A stretch of DNA of 64,000 nucleotides from Euglena gracilis (Eukaryota). Made by a program: the position numbers and the translations under genes. Where the stretch lies: positions 25,990,954-26,054,953 of the forward strand of contig CP154954.1 in assembly GCA_039621445.1 (NCBI GenBank), given 5' to 3'. Every line of letters starts with the position of its first letter. Position 1 is the first letter of the stretch. Of the stretch, positions 58,499 to 64,000 are shown piece after piece. Under the pieces are notes generated by a model. The model was not told the DNA's origin. It did not search any database and saw only the letters and a program-made list of their open reading frames with translations.

Positions 58499-60878
58499 AT
58501 GACACAGTGGAGCATGCTGGACTGTTGCATGCACCAGTGGTGCATCCTGGCGCTGGACATGGTCAACATGTTCAAGATCCACATTCCGGTCATGGGCCAT
58601 GCCGCAGATGCACATGTGGTGCTTGCTGCAGATGTGTGGGACGCACATGGAGTGCACGCCGCAGATGCCTCACCTGCACATTGGGCGCATCCTGGGGATG
58701 GCCTGACTGGAGCTGGAGATGGAGACGACGGAGATGTGCATGCAGCGGAGGCCAGGTCGGGGCAGGTGGTGGATTGTGTGTGGCGGACAGCCTTTTTTAG
58801 AGCAATATCCAGAGATTTCTGAATTAGGCATTGCCAGAAAAAAAGGGTTCAGACCAAAATCTTAATCTGGGAATTTTGTGTTTCATTCTGTATTACAGTG
58901 GCAGCCTATGGCAAACAGTGTATCAGTTTGCTTGGACTTGTTCATGGGCATTGGCAAATCTTCAGGATTTGTTCCCCTGCTGTGCAAAAGATTTTGGAAA
59001 CTCCAGTGATGCAGGGGGAAAACGCCAGTGGAAAAGACCAAGTTGGCAGTAGGAGACTGTCCAGCAATGCACATTACAAGTTTGGCCTGGGCCAGAAGTT
59101 TGTCACCCCAAGTGTCATTAGACAAGAGCTGTCATAACATGCTGAGCCGAGGACCCCAAACACACACAACCTGATATGAGAGTTGTCCAGTACAAACGAT
59201 AATGTTGGGCCACGAAGGGGATTGACACTCATACTGTGATCTGGTGGTCTGACATTACATTGTCATTGGTGGGCCAATGGCTGCAGAGGCTGGCAGTACT
59301 TTGCACTGTACGGTGCTGCAAATGTCGTTGAAGATTGCATGTCATTGTCATTGAACTGGAGATGGTGATGAGCCGTGAGGCACGTACAACAGAATCGAGC
59401 ACAGGTGGAGCATCGAGATGAGCCGTGAAGCACGTACTGGAGAACGAGATAGTGGTCATTTGGTGCCTTGTACATCCCAGTTGTTTACCATGGGTTGTGG
59501 GTCAACCGATAAAACCATTTGCCGTGAAGATTTGGCATTGATGTGACGCTGCCTGCTGGTGGTGTTCTGCGGCAGTAAACGTCGCGGTTTGATCGTTTTC
59601 TCCGTCTTCGTCTTCTGCGTGTCTGTCTATTCTCCATGTTCTGCGAGGGGCTCAGTGTCTCGTCTGTCCGCTGTGCTGCGAATGCCTGGGCAATTGCGCA
59701 GCAATTGTTCAGGAAGGGAGGGGGGGTGGCGGACAGCCTTTTTAAGAGCAATCTCCAGAGATTTCTGAATTAGGCATTGCCAAAAAAAGGTTCACACCAA
59801 AATCTTAATCTGGGAATTCTGTGTTCCATTCTGTATTACACTGGCAGCCTATGGAAAACAGTGTATCAGTTTGCTTGGACTTGTTCATGGGGATTGGCAA
59901 ATCTTCAAGATTTGTTCCCCTGCTGTGCAAAAGATTTTGGAAACTCCACTGATGTAGTGGGAAAATGCCAGTGGAAAAGCCCAAGTTGGCAGTGAGAGAC
60001 TGTCCAGAATTGCACATTACAAGTTTGGCCTGGACCAGAAGTTTGTCACCACAAGTTTCATTGGACAAGGGCTGTCATAACATGCTGAGCCGAGGACCCC
60101 AAACACACAGGATGCCCTGGCCAGGCATGCTGAAGTTGGACAGGATGGAGACACGACCCGGCCCCGTACAACCACTCAGGGTTTGGCCACTCAGAAAGCC
60201 GGCTGTGCTTCGGCCGCCGAGAGAGGGTCCCCCAGAAGAGTTTCGGACGCTGTGGGGACGCGCAACATTTCGCTTGACGACATTGGGGATGACGACATGG
60301 GGCTCGCCGACATCGTGGATGACGGAATTGGGAATGCTGACATCGAGAATGGCGGCATTGGGCATGCAGCTGCAGACCACAACAGTGCTCCGGCCGTTAG
60401 GGCAAGGGAGATCAAAACCGACAGCCGTGCTGCGGCCGCTGTGGTCCCTGAGTTCGCCAATGTGGGTGCCGTACCGACGGAGATCTAAACCCCCAGCTGT
60501 GCTTCGGCCGCAGGGGTCACTGAGTTCTCCGCCCTAGCGGTGACTGGAATCCTGCCTGGAGAAGGACGGAAGTGTGATGGATTTTGCTGGGCTGATCTGG
60601 GATGCCACTGTGGGATAAGTGACAGCCAGCCCAATGTCGGTGGGCAGGACATCTCCGAAGTACCACCTGGAAGCAGTGCATCGTCGCCCAGGGGGGAGGC
60701 TCCGCCGGCAGCAGTGGACGAGTCCATAGCGGAGGCTCGACGACTGGCTGTGCGGTACGAGCGGGAAGCCCGAGATCGACACTGGGATGCGCTGTCGGAG
60801 ATAAGGCCGCTGACGGAGACGTTGAAGCGAAAGAGGCGGAAGGACCGCCTGCTCCACCACCAGGGATGGTGGGAGTGA
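58499..60878 (+). pseudogene. Orphan Asp/Ala/Gly-rich ORF inside element C, split by element D
   Basis: Removing 58775-60113 joins ..SGQVVD|ALARHAE.. in frame with ORFs 60183 and 60540, with one internal stop. Confidence 0.45.
58775..60109 (+). mobile_element. TRIM-like LTR element D
   Basis: ~390-bp direct repeats (58775-59168 and ~59721-60109), PBS-like TGATATGAGAG at 59172, PPT AGGAAGGGAGGGG at 59711, and flanking GGAT duplication (58771-58774 and 60110-60113). Confidence 0.75.
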
Positions 60879-60972
60879 GAGGGGGGAGTGGCCGAACCGA
60901 ATAGGCGGCCCGGGTAACGGGCGAAGAATCCCCCCCGTCAGCCTTCCTGTTTAGAGTTGGCCTGCATTTTGG

Positions 60973-62233
60973 GGTTCCCATCCTGGTGGGTTACGATCCC
61001 AGGGTGGCGGTGATGCGAGTTTTTGGGATTTTCGAGTGACAAATGACCCATCTGGTGTGTTTCAACCCCAGGTAGGGGGGTACATATATATCGTTTTCTG
61101 ACTGAGATGACCCATCTGGTGTGTTTCGACCGAGGTGGGGGGGGTATGTTACCGATTTCAGAATGGAATGAGATGACCCATCTGGTGTGTTTTGACCCCA
61201 TGCGGGGGGTACGTTACCGTTTTCAGAATGAGATGAGATGACCCACCTGGTGTGTTTCGACCCAGGTGGGGGGGTACATGTTTCGTGTGTTGAATGTGAC
61301 AAATAACCCGTCTGGTGTCTTTCGACCCAGGTGGGGGGGTACGTTACCGTTTTCAGAATGAGATGAGATGACCCATCTGGTGTGTTTCGACCCCAGGTCC
61401 AGGTGGGTGGAGGGTACATTACCGTTTTTGACCCCTGGTGAGTTACGACCCCAGCGGACGCCTGGCTCAGTGAAATTGTTGGTTTGATGGTCGAAGGTGT
61501 TCAGTCCTCCCCCTCGGCTGTAATGCCCTGGTGGGAATGTTTGAGGCCTGCCCTGGGAGTGGTGGGTTTGTTTTGAATGTTCACATTTCGACATTGGACA
61601 TTTCCTTATTTTGACATTGGACCACGATCGTTACCTTGTCACCTTTGTTTTTTAGCCTGGACCCAGTGAGTCTCGACCCTGGGGGTGGAAGGCTTGAGTT
61701 TCGGAGAGAGTGCGAGAGTTTTGTGGGTTCACGACCCCAGGCCCCTCACCCGCTGAGTTTCGACCGGGGGGGGGGGGCAGCCCTCTTTGTAATGTTGTTC
61801 AGTTTGGAGCCCCCATCAGTGGACCAAAGAGAGGAGAAATTTTCATTCGAATTCCATCCATGGAGAGCTTTGGGCCCGAGCCCCTTACCCGCTGAGTTTC
61901 GACCGCGGGGCGGGGTTTTTCATTTTTGGTGGTGTAAGGCCCTGGGGCCCACGCCCGCGCTAGTTCGACGGCGGTGCGGGGATGGAAGAAAGGGACCCCC
62001 CCCCTGGAGTGAGTTTCGACCCCCCCCCGGGGGGGGGACGAACAGGACACCCCCCCGGGGCGAGTTTCGACCCCGGGGGTGGGAAGAACGGGACCCCCCC
62101 GGGGGGGGGGGGCGAGATTCGACCCCCCGGTGGGGGAAGAGCGGGACCCCCCCCAAGTGCGAGTTTCGAGCCCACGGGGGGAACGAATGGGACCCCCCCC
62201 CGGGGTGAGTTTCGCCCCCCCGGGTCGGGAACC
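60973..62233. mobile_element. TIR-like element with subterminal tandem repeats
   Basis: GGTTCCCATCCTGG versus CCGGGTCGGGAACC. ~60-bp tandem units GATGACCCATCTGGTGTGTTTCGACCC (61040-61400) and GAGTTTCGACCCC units (61660-62220). No TSD seen. Confidence 0.5.
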
Positions 62234-62656
62234 GAGGTGTTCTGGCTGCACAGAGAGTCATTTATAAATTACCCAGCAATTTTCGTGGTGAGGTGAGTGT
62301 GCGCAGCCTGAAGCCTGAATTAGGACTGAGCGCGCGGGCTTCACATTGTAATCTGTGTTGTTTCTGTTCAGTAAAATGTCATGAGTTGATTTCTGTGCCC
62401 ATGGGTCGTGGCCCCCTGGCACATATCTGGACCACGGGACAGACTGAGGACTTAGAGACTTGAGTTTTGTGCTGTGGTTGAAGTTTGAAAATTTCACGTG
62501 GAAGTTGCCTGCAAATGGGTGGCAAAGCAAGGCCCAAGGCGAATGCAAAACCCAAGGCAAAGCCGAAGCCAGCCAAACAGGGGGCCCGGGGTCGGGCGGC
62601 GGAAAAGGTGTGGATTGCGAAAAGAGCCCCCACCCCGGCGCCGCCCCTGTTTGACA

Positions 62657-63130
62657 GTGTCTTTCCTGGGTCGTGCATTGACTTTTCCACAATCATCCTG
62701 ATCCCACGCATTGTCAGTAGGTCGATGAGGGAAGCTGCCCTCAACTTGGTGGCTTCTGCTGTTTCCCCCAGCAGAAGGATGTCGTCCACATACCACACAT
62801 GTGGTATGTTTTTCTGCTTCAGCCAGGAGCTCTCAGTGGTTTTGTCAATTTCTGTCACCACCAGGTACTCAAAGACCAACGAAATGGCGGGGCCTGGATC
62901 TGAAAAGCTCCTTCCCTGAGCCTGAACCGCATTAACCTCTGAATGTGGGGATGAACGTGCAAGTGGTGGAAAAAAGATTTGATGTCCACGGTGACCACCC
63001 AGTGCAATTCTTTTTGCTGCAGAGTCTGCAGCAGGGTCTGCCAGGTGTCTTTTTTGTGTCGTGGAATTTTGTAGCGCTGGTTCAGGTTCCTGAGGTGTGT
63101 GATCAACCGGTTTCTTTTTAATCTCTGGTT
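62657..63130 (-). pseudogene. DIRS-type reverse transcriptase core
   Basis: RLITHLRNLN..VTVDIKSFFHHLHVHP..RLMRFR..FQIQAPPF.WSLS.WW..VWYVDDILLLG..EKS; frameshifted. Confidence 0.8.
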
Positions 63131-64000
63131 AACGTTGGTGTCCACTGGCCGGTTTTTCCCCACTCCTCGTTCGTGAGCGGCCTTATGGCACCTGTTTTCA
63201 AGTACTCTGTAACGGTTTCTTGTGTGGCTGGTGTGGACCATTCGGGCTCCGCACTGCGAGATGGTAAGGACCTGCTTTCTTTGCCGGTTGTTCTGTTTTG
63301 GTGTGTTTGTGCGTGCGCGGGGGGTGCTTCTTACTGCTTTTTGTTGCAGGAGTTGGCTGCTTCCTAATTTTGCCCTTCGACCTCAAGAAGAAAGAAGTTC
63401 ACTGTTACAAGTTCAACTGGAATTAATTACAAGGAGTATTGCATTCACAAAGACTATCACTAGCATCAACTGGTCGGTGAAAACCGGGTAGGTCGGTGAA
63501 AAAACCAATTCTGAAACAAAAAAACCTGAGAAAAATGTATTTTGCAACTTAACTCCTTTCATAACACTAAAACCCTAACCTCGCTGCAACGAGCCCCGCC
63601 CCTGCGTCTGACCTTGAAGTCTCAGAACCCTTTGCAACCAGTCAATGGGGGGGGGGGACCAAACTTTTTTCGGACACCTCGACTTCAAAGAGGAAGAATT
63701 TAACTCTTCGAGTTCAACTGGAACCAGAAGCATTGCAATCACGCAGACAAAAGTCAATTGCTGGACTTCTATGAAGAAGATCTTCCAAGAAATTCAAATT
63801 GCCAAGAAGAACTTCAAAGGACTTCCAAGAGAGCAGCTGAAGCTGAAGCTGGGGAAGTTGGAGACACAGCAGATGCTGCAGAACCTGGAGCGGCGGCAGC
63901 AGCACCTCAGTGCGTGGCCGTCGGAACCCCCCACCCCCCCCCCACCACATCAAAGCTTTCAAAATCACCCATTCAGAAAGGTAACAGCCATGGACCATGG

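Larger units (their letters stand above)
58112..62656 (+). mobile_element. LTR element C (no gag/pol recognised)
   Basis: ~360-bp direct repeats 58112-58471 and 62298-62656, both TGTGCG...CA; interrupts the DIRS RT. No clear PBS or TSD, so orientation is tentative. Confidence 0.7.

Overview
Eukaryotic, repeat-rich nuclear DNA, most likely euglenid (Euglena-like). The basis is a host gene mixing GT-AG introns with stem-forming nonconventional introns. The host gene is the 3' part of a multi-exon gene ending in a DUF3883/NO VEIN-C-like PD-(D/E)xK domain (exons 4035-12712, +), with microsatellites and MITE-like inserts in its introns. Bases 1-3.6 kb look like a foreign element: an orphan ORF plus 12 dispersed 18-bp palindromes. 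From ~15.8 kb onward the window is a nest of decayed mobile elements. There are two Ty3/Gypsy chromodomain LTR retrotransposons (A 23694-39777 +; B 42623-57950 -), both with a Dam-like N6-adenine methyltransferase domain between protease and RT. A large unknown accessory ORF follows pol in A and has a diverged homologue at ~16.5-21 kb. A young 1-kb TRIM (30009-31031) has LTRs carrying a tRNA-derived Pol III promoter, a Cassandra-like design that uses tRNA instead of 5S. An 8.2-kb Mutator-like TIR element is filled with a two-monomer satellite. A DIRS pol is split by the later insertions, and two more pol-less LTR elements lie near the right end. All calls come from manual reading; no database searches were run, so family names and novelty claims need confirmation.
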